51,131 nucleotides of DNA, from NCBI GenBank assembly GCA_964373855.1, contig CAYJWL010000001.1, forward strand, positions 1 through 51,131. Direction: 5' to 3'. The DNA comes from an uncultured Candidatus Saccharibacteria bacterium. Lineage in GTDB: Bacteria > Patescibacteriota > Andersenbacteria > UBA10190. The position numbers and the translations under genes were made by a program. The notes under the pieces are model-generated. The model worked only from the letters and a program-made list of their open reading frames with translations. It was not told where the DNA came from and made no database searches. Positions 14,327-22,748 of this stretch are shown piece after piece (the stretch's first letter is position 1; each line of letters opens with the position of its first letter).

Positions 14327-17051
14327 AAATCGAAACCTTCGGATTGATCAGCATAAGCAGCGCGATGATAGCAGCGACCGCTGTGATTATGGTTGCTTGC
14401 TGTACTGCACGAGAACTGTAGCGCCAACTCACGGCATGCTGTCCGGCCGGCACATTGGCCGATTTGTAAAAGCCTTGAGCGACGCGATAGTCAACCTCTT
14501 GGCCATCAACACTGGCGCGCCACTGCGGGGTAGAGCTGTCATTAATAATAAGAGTGCCAGCAGCAGACGAGGAAGTTTGGACTTCTATTTTCTGATCAGT
14601 ATAGGCAGTAATCAGTACACTACTTTTCTCTATTATATTGCCCGCCTCGTCTGCGAGGTAGGCTTTGGGGTATACCTGCGGATTGCGATACAGCCGGTAT
14701 GATGTTCCGTTTATTGTTTCCTCGGCCTCAATCGGGAAGCCAAGCTCGGGCAACTTATCCTTGGCATTTGGGGGTACCGCCTGGATGAGGTGAGTGATGC
14801 CAGCCTGGTTAACCTGCTGACGATGTAATTCTAAGAAGTGTCGGCCATCGCCATCAATTAATTGGTCAGTATCATAGGCCAGATAGGTCTCAATATAGTG
14901 TCGGACGGGAGCGCTGGATAACGCGCCGGTCCACCGAGCGCTACTGGCATTGGCTATGACTTGCAGATGCCGTGGGAGCAACAGCAGGTCAGGGTCCACT
15001 GGCGGCGGGCTGGCAGAAGAGAAGTGGAGGCGCGCCAACTTGTGCGATTGGGCCAGTTGCTTATCTGTGGGATTAGCTACTCGTACAAGATAAAGAGATT
15101 TCTCCTGCGGCCACCCTCGATAGTAAAGATTGATGCCGCTGTTATTATCGCTCGTGATGCCAAGGTACAGCGTTTGCCCGGGTGCGGTCGTAGGCAGCTT
15201 GAGACAAACACTCTGATCAGGGACGCTGGTGACATCCATGGCGCGTATCTTGGTTGACGTCAGATTCTGGCTCAAGGGGTGTAGGCGTAGCGATATTGTA
15301 AGATATCCTTGCTGGCTGGGGCGGCTGTGCATTGGAATACTGAAACACACCCGCTGCGCTGGTGTTGCCGGAAGCGGCTGGAACAAGCTAAATGTGGGTG
15401 AGACAATCGGTGTAGGAAACGTACGTATTTCCTGCTCGGCATAGTAAATGTTCGATCGGGCGTACACCCGGGGAGGTAAACCGGTAGTGGCCGTATATTT
15501 GGCCAGTGCATTATAAAACGGCGGTGTAGCCATCGCTTGCTGTCGCGCAACCAGGGGATTATAGTCCCAGCCAAATATAATCAGTGTTAGGGCGGTGAGG
15601 ATAACGAGAAGCACTGGCGGCGTTTGCGATAACCTCCGATCATCCCACCAAAGCGCAGCTAGGAAGACAATGATACCTGCGCCAAAAAGGACGACGGAAA
15701 CATCGGGGGTCAGGATAATGCGTTTAAGCTGGTAGAAAGCCGCTGGTTCGGTCTGTATATACCAAAAAAGTGGAGATAAAAGAGCTGCGGGCAGGGCCAT
15801 GGAGAAAACCAGGAGCATTAAGCGATTGCGGAGAGGCGCCGATGAGTATTGCCTCATGCCTTCAAAACCCACAGCAGCCAAGAGGCTTATTCCGGTCGTA
15901 AAGAAGATGGCAAAGCGTCCAGGGATGGCCCATCTGGTGATCCACCCGCGTTCAATTAGTAATCGAAAGAGGGGCGAGTACTTGCCCAGGACTAGACTGA
16001 TTCCAATGACTAATAACACCAGACCGGTTCTATGCAAGATTCTATGCTGACGCCACGTGGCCAGAGAGAAACCGGCCAAGAGTAGCGGGATCACCCCGAC
16101 ATATGCCGCCAGTTCCTGAAATCCCTTGGTGCCCCAGTATGAGGTGTGGTCGCCAAAAAAATAAGGCGCGACAAGCGTGATAGCATGCCACGGAACGTAG
16201 CTAAACTCATAGAGCTCATAGCTTGGCAGCGTCCCCGCTCGCTCTGTCAGGGGAAGGAACTCAAAGAGAGGCAGTAAGAAAAGAGATGATAGCGCCAAGC
16301 CAAGTAAGGCGGCCACAACCGCTGCCCCGATAATCTTAAGAGCAGGTGCGATTGCTCCAGTACTTTTTTGCGCGCTCGTTTTTATTCTGTGTACCAAAGC
16401 CACCAGACCATAGAGCGCGGCTACGCCCAGGGCGTAAAGAGAAGCTTGCGGGTGGCCGCTTAGAACAATGGCGGCAGCTATTAGACTAAGCAGTGCTATG
16501 CGCCGCGTAGAGACTTGTTCGATGAGAAGGTCTGTCGCGAGCAGCAACCAGGGCAGAACCATTGTTGCCGTATAAAAGTTAACATGGTTCATATGGCCGA
16601 CGTTATACCCGGAAAAAACAAAAACTGTTGAGCCTAATACAGCGGCTAGTGCAGACAGCCTGTGCCGGCGCAGCCACAATGTCATTCCAATCAGGCCGGC
16701 GGCAAAATATGTTACCGTCGATACCTGGAGTAGGATGAGCGCTGGCAGATGCAGCCAGCGCAAAAGAACATGGACAGGTGTGAAGAAGCCAAGTTGGCCC
16801 CAACCCAGCAGCGGCTGACCAAAGCCAAAATAGTTGCTCCAAAGGGGCAAGGCGCCGGCCGCTTGTGCCTGCCTGTATACATGCTCAAGGGGATAGAAAA
16901 TAATCTTCAAATCATCTAGAAAGAAGACCTTATCTGAAAACAAAATTCGGGCGAAGAAAATCATCCAGATACACAAGACGCCGAGCAAACTGGCCAGCGT
17001 ACTGTACTGGGAGTGCGTAAGATACCTAACATGAAATAACTTCCTGTTCAT
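14313..17051 (-). CDS. YfhO-like polytopic membrane protein (GT-C candidate), paralog 2
   Basis: 912 aa with an ATG at 17051. Contains VFFLDDLKIIFYPLEH...LPLWSNYFGFGQPLLGWGQLGFFTPVH and is collinear with 2499-5399. Confidence 0.65.
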   Translation of the reverse strand: MNRKLFHVRYLTHSQYSTLASLLGVLCIWMIFFARILFSDKVFFLDDLKIIFYPLEHVYRQAQAAGALPLWSNYFGFGQPLLGWGQLGFFTPVHVLLRWLHLPALILLQVSTVTYFAAGLIGMTLWLRRHRLSALAAVLGSTVFVFSGYNVGHMNHVNFYTATMVLPWLLLATDLLIEQVSTRRIALLSLIAAAIVLSGHPQASLYALGVAALYGLVALVHRIKTSAQKSTGAIAPALKIIGAAVVAALLGLALSSLFLLPLFEFLPLTERAGTLPSYELYEFSYVPWHAITLVAPYFFGDHTSYWGTKGFQELAAYVGVIPLLLAGFSLATWRQHRILHRTGLVLLVIGISLVLGKYSPLFRLLIERGWITRWAIPGRFAIFFTTGISLLAAVGFEGMRQYSSAPLRNRLMLLVFSMALPAALLSPLFWYIQTEPAAFYQLKRIILTPDVSVVLFGAGIIVFLAALWWDDRRLSQTPPVLLVILTALTLIIFGWDYNPLVARQQAMATPPFYNALAKYTATTGLPPRVYARSNIYYAEQEIRTFPTPIVSPTFSLFQPLPATPAQRVCFSIPMHSRPSQQGYLTISLRLHPLSQNLTSTKIRAMDVTSVPDQSVCLKLPTTAPGQTLYLGITSDNNSGINLYYRGWPQEKSLYLVRVANPTDKQLAQSHKLARLHFSSASPPPVDPDLLLLPRHLQVIANASSARWTGALSSAPVRHYIETYLAYDTDQLIDGDGRHFLELHRQQVNQAGITHLIQAVPPNAKDKLPELGFPIEAEETINGTSYRLYRNPQVYPKAYLADEAGNIIEKSSVLITAYTDQKIEVQTSSSAAGTLIINDSSTPQWRASVDGQEVDYRVAQGFYKSANVPAGQHAVSWRYSSRAVQQATIITAVAAIIALLMLINPKVSIYGKK

Positions 17052-17061
17052 TTGGTATTTA

Positions 17062-17073
17062 TTGATATATCAA
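17062..17073. promoter_or_regulatory. perfect 12-bp palindrome TTGATATATCAA in a 51-bp divergent intergenic region
   Basis: Read directly. It lies between the divergent starts at 17051 (-) and 17103 (+). It could be an operator or overlapping promoter elements, but the region is AT-rich and this may be chance. Confidence 0.25.
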
Positions 17074-17102
17074 AAAAACATGATTCTCCACAGTATATTC
17101 TT

Positions 17103-18983
17103 ATGTGCGGCATAACAGGAGCTTGGCTTAGACATGAGAGCGGCGATATTTCACCGGCCGTCATTGAAACGATGACCAAGACATTATCGCACCGCGGCCC
17201 GGACGACTTCGGTATATATCGCCAGGGCGCCGTGGCGCTTGGCCACACGCGGCTAGCCGTGATAGATGTTTCTCGGGCCGGTCACCAACCAATGACCTCA
17301 CCCGACGGGAGATACGTATTAGTCTTCAACGGAGAAATTTATAACTTCGCTGAATTAAAGGACCGGCATTGCCGTCATCTACGATTTACATCCAGTACAG
17401 ACACAGAGGTGCTGCTTCACCTTCTTATCCAGAAAGGGGTGGCGGCTTTGCCGCTGCTGCGAGGGATGTTTGCGCTGGCACTTTGGGACAGCCAGAAAAA
17501 GGAATTACTCCTGGCTCGGGATGCCTTCGGCAAAAAACCGCTGTACTACTGCACACAGGGCGATCTGTTCCTGTTTGGCTCAGAGCCTAAAGCTATTCTG
17601 GCTCATCCCTCAATAGCAACCGCAATTGACAGATCAGCCATTACAAAATATTTTCTGTATGAGTATGTGCCGGGGCGGGCGACCGGCTACGCTGGCATAT
17701 GGCAACTAGGGATGGGACAAAGCGTCAGGGTGACAGCAAATCAAGCAACTGTAGATACCTGGTGGCAACCCACATTTGTCCCAAAAAACAAATTAAGATC
17801 TTTACCAGAAGCAGCGGCGAAACTGGATCAAGTTTTAGCTCAAGCGGTAGAACGCCGGTTAGTGGCCGATGTTCCAGTCGGCGTTTTTTTAAGCGGCGGG
17901 CTGGATTCAACATCTATTACCTGGTATATGAGGCAGCAGGCGCCAAATGATTTACACTCATTCTCCGTTTCCTTTGACGAGCCCTCATTTGATGAATCAC
18001 GCTATTCCCGTATGGCTGCGCAAAGTTTGGGGACGACCCACCATGATTTAAAATTCAATGTCTCGGAATTTAGCAACGTCATGAAAGATATTGGAGAGAC
18101 CATGGATGTACCACTGGGCGATGCTTCACTGGCTCCAACCTACGCCATTAGCCAGCTTGCTCGAACATATATAACTGTCGTTCTGGATGGCGACGGGTCC
18201 GATGAACTGCTCGGCGGCTATGGGACATTTGCGGCGGCGCGGCTTGCCGAAAGAATTCCGCGTCTTCCTCCGGCGCTAGGTCGTCTGGTACACCGGCTGT
18301 CGCTCGCGCTGCCAACCAGCTATAAAAATTTCTCGTTTGATTTCAAAGTAAAATCATTTCTTGAGGGTCTTGATTACTCGCTGCCTTATAGAAATCAGGT
18401 ATGGCTGGGTTCGTTTTCCGATAAAACATTGCGCCGTCTTCTAATGCCAAGCTGGCATCAGTATATTGGGACTGTGTTTGAGGATATTAACGAGATAGAG
18501 GAGCAAATTATAGGCCTTGATACTTTTGATGCGGTTTCGCTGCTAAAAATCTATCACTATTTAAGCGGCGATTTGCTGGTAAAGCTGGACCGCTCGACTA
18601 TGTTGGTCGCACTTGAGGCGAGAACCCCTTTTCTCGACGTGGATGTTGCCAATCTTTTAATGCACATGCCTGTTCGTTTTAAGCAGCAAAAGGCAGTACT
18701 GAAACACTTGATGCGCGGACGGATCCCGCAGGAGATTATTGACCGTCCCAAGCGCGGATTTGGCGTGCCCCTGGGTTTTTGGCTGCGCGGCCCCTTGCAT
18801 CAATGGGCCAGGAACATTCTTAATGACGCGAAAATGAAAGCCGACGCCATCCTTCAACCTGATTTTGTACATATGATGTTTGCCCAGCACAGGAGAGGTC
18901 AGGCAGATTGGCGCAAGCAGCTTTGGACCCTGATAATGTGGCAGCTGTGGTTTGACCGCTGGATTGCCCGGCGGTCAGGCTAA
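17103..18983 (+). CDS. asparagine synthase (glutamine-hydrolysing) family amidotransferase
   Basis: The protein begins MCGITGAW (catalytic Cys2) from the ATG at 17103. The FLSGGLDSTSI PP-loop motif is present. Length is about 626 aa. Confidence 0.8.
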   Translation: MCGITGAWLRHESGDISPAVIETMTKTLSHRGPDDFGIYRQGAVALGHTRLAVIDVSRAGHQPMTSPDGRYVLVFNGEIYNFAELKDRHCRHLRFTSSTDTEVLLHLLIQKGVAALPLLRGMFALALWDSQKKELLLARDAFGKKPLYYCTQGDLFLFGSEPKAILAHPSIATAIDRSAITKYFLYEYVPGRATGYAGIWQLGMGQSVRVTANQATVDTWWQPTFVPKNKLRSLPEAAAKLDQVLAQAVERRLVADVPVGVFLSGGLDSTSITWYMRQQAPNDLHSFSVSFDEPSFDESRYSRMAAQSLGTTHHDLKFNVSEFSNVMKDIGETMDVPLGDASLAPTYAISQLARTYITVVLDGDGSDELLGGYGTFAAARLAERIPRLPPALGRLVHRLSLALPTSYKNFSFDFKVKSFLEGLDYSLPYRNQVWLGSFSDKTLRRLLMPSWHQYIGTVFEDINEIEEQIIGLDTFDAVSLLKIYHYLSGDLLVKLDRSTMLVALEARTPFLDVDVANLLMHMPVRFKQQKAVLKHLMRGRIPQEIIDRPKRGFGVPLGFWLRGPLHQWARNILNDAKMKADAILQPDFVHMMFAQHRRGQADWRKQLWTLIMWQLWFDRWIARRSG

Positions 18984-19750
18984 GGCTTGCGTCCGCGTAC
19001 AACCCAGCCATTTTTATTGGGCGGCATTGTTACACTGACATCCGTAAACCCTGCGAGCAGGGCGGCCGCTTCCTCGTGAGATAAATAGCGGGCAATATCA
19101 GGCAGCAACTGGTCAAACAGAATGCTATGCACGTGCGAGAAAGAGAACGAGCGTAGCTGCCGGAAATATGGCCGCTTGGACCAGCCTGCGTGTAGCCAAA
19201 CATAGAAAGGAATACTGGCGACGTAGGTTAAAAGGTGAAGCACTGGGGGCGATATTTTACTTGTGCACTGACGTCGAATTGGGTCGAGCCAAAAGAGCCA
19301 ACCCTCGAAGCCCGGCCGGCTATATACCCATAATAGTATTTCTCCGCCGGGGCTAAGTGCCTTTTTGAGCTGGGCGGCCGCCTTTATAGGTTCTGCCAAG
19401 TGGTGGATTACACCAATGGATAACACAAGATCAAATTGATTCTCCCACGGAAGGTCATAGATATCCGCCAGAACGACTCGAGCTTGAGGAAATGGCTTAA
19501 GCGTTCTCCGGGCAGCCGCCACGGTCCGTTCGTTTGCGTCGAAGGCAACCAGATCGTGCGCGCCCCAGTGTAAACACCAATAGCTGTTTCTACCCATACC
19601 GCAGCCCGCATCAAGAATGGATTTTCCTGTGAAATACGAGGGCGCAAGAGGGTAGACCCAGTTCAGAAATTGTTTCTCATACTCTTTCTCGTACGGCTCC
19701 AGTTCACTGTATGTAGCCCATTCAAAACCGAATCTTTTAGTTGAAGACAT
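18980..19750 (-). CDS. class I SAM-dependent methyltransferase
   Basis: Motif I ILDAGCGMGRNS. GGAG lies 5 nt upstream of the ATG at 19750. Its stop overlaps the stop of the convergent amidotransferase gene (CTAA at 18980-18983). Confidence 0.7.
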   Translation of the reverse strand: MSSTKRFGFEWATYSELEPYEKEYEKQFLNWVYPLAPSYFTGKSILDAGCGMGRNSYWCLHWGAHDLVAFDANERTVAAARRTLKPFPQARVVLADIYDLPWENQFDLVLSIGVIHHLAEPIKAAAQLKKALSPGGEILLWVYSRPGFEGWLFWLDPIRRQCTSKISPPVLHLLTYVASIPFYVWLHAGWSKRPYFRQLRSFSFSHVHSILFDQLLPDIARYLSHEEAAALLAGFTDVSVTMPPNKNGWVVRGRKP

Positions 19751-19801
19751 AATCTCCGCTTATGATTCAGACAACACTGTCATGCGAAACTCCGGAGGCG
19801 A

Positions 19802-21298
19802 TTACTCTTTGATTTGATATATCCAGACGTAATCCAGGTTATTAATTTGAATTATTTTCTCCGGTTCCCTTGGCTGCAGCTGGCGCCAGACATCAGTTTC
19901 CCAGGCATCGGCTCCTCGTTCCAGCGCCGCTCGATAGAATACAACATAATTAATATTTCCGGCATCCCACTGGTGTAACTCAACAGTTTCACCGGCAAAC
20001 AACCGGGCAAATTCGCGTGGATAATATGATGCAACTTTGAGCCGGTTAGATTGCGGCTTGGCGTTAAGATAGTCGGCAGCTAAATCAAGCCCCTCGCCCC
20101 AGCCCAACCGGCGTTCACCAAAAAAAGGCTTGGTCAGAGGGTTCACATAGGCCAATGCGTAGGGATGTAAACGCCAGATATCCCCTACCTGCCAGGCTAA
20201 TAGGGCAATGAAGACAAACGACAGTGCCATTGCCCGCCGGCTTTTCTTAAAATCAGACAAGAATGTGGCGCCAATAATGGCGGTGACAGCATCGAACAAG
20301 GCAAAGCTGGGCAAAATATAGCGGTCGCCTTTTTTTGTGCCGAAACTCATGACAAGAATAAAGAACAGGGCGGTGGCGAGCAGCACGGTAACGTGATGCC
20401 GGCGGGTTCCTGAAGTGTATCGCCAATAGATTAGCAGTGCGATCAGCGCCGCCATATGCACAGGTGTGAGGAAGAAGATTAACGTGCGCAAGTAGTAATA
20501 TGCGCCGGATGCGTGCAGATCCTGATAGGCAGAGGAGGCAAAGAAGTCTCGCAATATATTCGCAGTCGTCAGGGGCGAGACAATCAATGAGGGTAAGACT
20601 ATGATAAGAGTGACAGCAAACGCCAACAGCCACCACGCTACAGTTCTCGTCAGGTCTCGCCACTGTCTGCGCGGAGCGAACTTGGTAGCTAGGACAGCGA
20701 TAGCCGCTGGAACGATGATTATGCCAGGCAGTTTGGAGAGGACAGCCAGTGCAGCGGCCGCTCCCGAGTACATCAGGTATCTGGGCTGATGTGATTTTTG
20801 CCACAACAGCAGGCATACCAGGGAGAGAAGAGTAAAGAGAGCCAGCAGCGAATCCATCGCATAGATTCGTATATGGGCTACTACTTGCGGATCATATGCC
20901 AGCAACAGGGCCATCAGAATTGCTGGCACAGTTTCCCACAGCCGCCAGGCAACGTAGGTAATCATCAGGATCAAAATTATCTGGGCTGCAACCAGCGGCA
21001 GCTTCTTTAGCGGCCACGATGCCAGATGATTAGTCGGCGCCGCCAGCCACTGTGTTGTCACTCCGGGGTGAGGGCGCTGCAGCAAAGCACCAAATTTTCC
21101 CTGTGCCAGTTTGGAGGTAAAACCACTGACATTAGCCTGCCAGCGCTTTTCATCAGCTGTGCTGAACTTCCCCAAGTCAAAGACCATCGGCAGGGTCACC
21201 GCCACCACTAACCCTGCCATGCCGAACCACTTCGCTAACGCAGACATGCGAGTAGTATATCCGGCGGCCAGTCGCCTGCCCAGCTGTGGTATTATCAT
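19802..21298 (-). CDS. ArnT/PMT-like (GT39/GT83 type) polytopic GT-C glycosyltransferase, paralog 2
   Basis: FSTADEKRW...RPHPGVTTQWLA matches paralog 1, and there are many TM helices. The start is uncertain: ATG at 21298 or 21247. The track ORF start at 21472 is unlikely. Confidence 0.65.
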   Translation of the reverse strand: MIIPQLGRRLAAGYTTRMSALAKWFGMAGLVVAVTLPMVFDLGKFSTADEKRWQANVSGFTSKLAQGKFGALLQRPHPGVTTQWLAAPTNHLASWPLKKLPLVAAQIILILMITYVAWRLWETVPAILMALLLAYDPQVVAHIRIYAMDSLLALFTLLSLVCLLLWQKSHQPRYLMYSGAAAALAVLSKLPGIIIVPAAIAVLATKFAPRRQWRDLTRTVAWWLLAFAVTLIIVLPSLIVSPLTTANILRDFFASSAYQDLHASGAYYYLRTLIFFLTPVHMAALIALLIYWRYTSGTRRHHVTVLLATALFFILVMSFGTKKGDRYILPSFALFDAVTAIIGATFLSDFKKSRRAMALSFVFIALLAWQVGDIWRLHPYALAYVNPLTKPFFGERRLGWGEGLDLAADYLNAKPQSNRLKVASYYPREFARLFAGETVELHQWDAGNINYVVFYRAALERGADAWETDVWRQLQPREPEKIIQINNLDYVWIYQIKE

Positions 21299-21710
21299 GC
21301 TCAAGGTGGACAAAACCGCTAAAAACGAATACGCCGTTCTCGGTTGTTTGCTGGTCGTTTTTATAATGGCACTCTTGCCGGCGTTAGTGCACGCCAGACG
21401 GGAAGTGCGCGATGGCGAGCGCAGACAGGAATTACGGCAACTGAAGCACGCCTTAGAGATGAGCAACAACAAGCTGGGGTATTATCCAAAAATATTTGAT
21501 GCCGCTCCGTTTACTTATGTAATACTCGCCGCCGATGGGGAGGCAGCAATTGCCTGGTATATTCGCGCCCTGATGGAAAATAGGGCAGAGCCGGCGGCCG
21601 GGCTAGACCTTGAGTATAACATGTATTATCGCATTGTGAATGAGTCTGGACTGACCTATTATGACATCTGCGGCGGAGAGTTTCGCTGCGATGTGCCAGC
21701 AAACCAATGA
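21297..21710 (+). CDS. type IV pilin / pseudopilin-like protein with non-canonical leader
   Basis: 137 aa. A short basic leader MLKVDKTAKN precedes EYAVLGCLLVVFIMALL (hydrophobic helix). ARREVRDGERRQELRQLKHALE...GYYP follows, a pattern typical of pilin N-terminal helices. There is a C-terminal Cys pair, DICGGEFRCD. No Gly is present at the expected -1 cleavage position. Confidence 0.5.
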   Translation: MLKVDKTAKNEYAVLGCLLVVFIMALLPALVHARREVRDGERRQELRQLKHALEMSNNKLGYYPKIFDAAPFTYVILAADGEAAIAWYIRALMENRAEPAAGLDLEYNMYYRIVNESGLTYYDICGGEFRCDVPANQ

Positions 21711-21742
21711 AAAACAATCTGATTAAGTCCGAGTAGCCGGAT

Positions 21743-22408
21743 ATGCCAAGCAGACCATCCTGGCTGATAATATCGTGGCTGGCGGTGGCAGCCTGGACCG
21801 CAGTCACCGGCGTGTGGCTAAGTCAATCCGTTGAACAAGAAGTCGTCAGTATTTTGGCCTCGCGGGAGCCAGCGCAGGGATTGCCGATTTATGCCCAGTT
21901 CATAGCAACCCAGACCGTCCGGTTGGCCTCGCCTGTCCTTTTCTCTGCACTTGTCATCCCGGCATTTTTTCCGGAAGACTCGGCAGCCATTGTCGTGCGT
22001 TTGCTCCAAGACGGGAAGGCTCTGCACGAGTGGCAGCTGCGTTCCCGGGAAGCCGGGAGCGGGGAAGTAATCCTGCGGCCCCCAAAACCGTTTCGCCTAG
22101 CCGATCAAGTTGAAGTTCAGTTTGACGGCTCAATGATAATGGCGACGGATAAAAATAAAGCGCCGCGGTTATTTATTGAAGTTGATGATGCTGCCTATCC
22201 GGATGGCAACTATCGCATCGCCGCCAATGTTAAGCAGGGCGATATCAGTCTGGCTTTGTTTGGCCAGCGCACTCGTTTAGCGATAGTGAGTGGTCGCTGG
22301 AGGCAGCAGCCGGCTGACGAAGCCTCCAAGGCTGCGATGTGGGTAGTGGTAGCGATTACTATGTATGCCTTGCCGTCCCTGGTAGCTCGTACTTTTATGC
22401 TCTTGTAA
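21743..22408 (+). CDS. bitopic membrane protein consisting essentially of the recurrent extracytoplasmic module
   Basis: 221 aa with an N-terminal TM (WLIISWLAVAAWTAVTGVWL) and a C-terminal TM (AAMWVVVAITMYALPSLV). The central region aligns by eye with segments of five other proteins in the window. Confidence 0.55.
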   Translation: MPSRPSWLIISWLAVAAWTAVTGVWLSQSVEQEVVSILASREPAQGLPIYAQFIATQTVRLASPVLFSALVIPAFFPEDSAAIVVRLLQDGKALHEWQLRSREAGSGEVILRPPKPFRLADQVEVQFDGSMIMATDKNKAPRLFIEVDDAAYPDGNYRIAANVKQGDISLALFGQRTRLAIVSGRWRQQPADEASKAAMWVVVAITMYALPSLVARTFMLL

Positions 22409-22436
22409 GAGCTGCAATGAAGCGGGCGGTGTGCGC

Positions 22437-22748
22437 TTAGACAGATTTATCTGTGAATTGTTTGGCGGTGTGCCAAGCGAGAACAAGGAGCAGAGTCCAG
22501 CCGCCAGATTGCACTCCGAGCCGGACCACTGGCGGCCAAGAGGTAGGCAACGGCAATGGCATAATGAATGCAACCGCTAGGACAATAACAAAAGGGGCTA
22601 GCAGAAATATAGTACCCCTGCCAGCAGAGATGAGTAACAATAATAAACCTGTTGCTAGTGTTGTCAGTACAATCCAGATTGGTATCGGGTACCGCGCGGT
22701 GAGCGCGGCGGCGAATACGAGGGCTGCAGCCAATGGAATAAGACTCAT
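22437..22748 (-). CDS. small multi-TM membrane protein (103 aa)
   Basis: Three or four hydrophobic segments. Its ATG overlaps the stop of the upstream gene (ATGA at 22745-22748). Confidence 0.5.
   Translation of the reverse strand: MSLIPLAAALVFAAALTARYPIPIWIVLTTLATGLLLLLISAGRGTIFLLAPFVIVLAVAFIMPLPLPTSWPPVVRLGVQSGGWTLLLVLAWHTAKQFTDKSV

Noticed and set aside
17090-17102. -10-like hexamers lie immediately upstream of several operon-first start codons (17103, 17051, 21297, 44019, 36731), which might suggest leaderless mRNAs.
   Set aside because: The spacing to the ATG (1-7 nt) is inconsistent and mostly too short for a transcription start at the A of the ATG. AT-rich intergenic DNA produces such hexamers readily.
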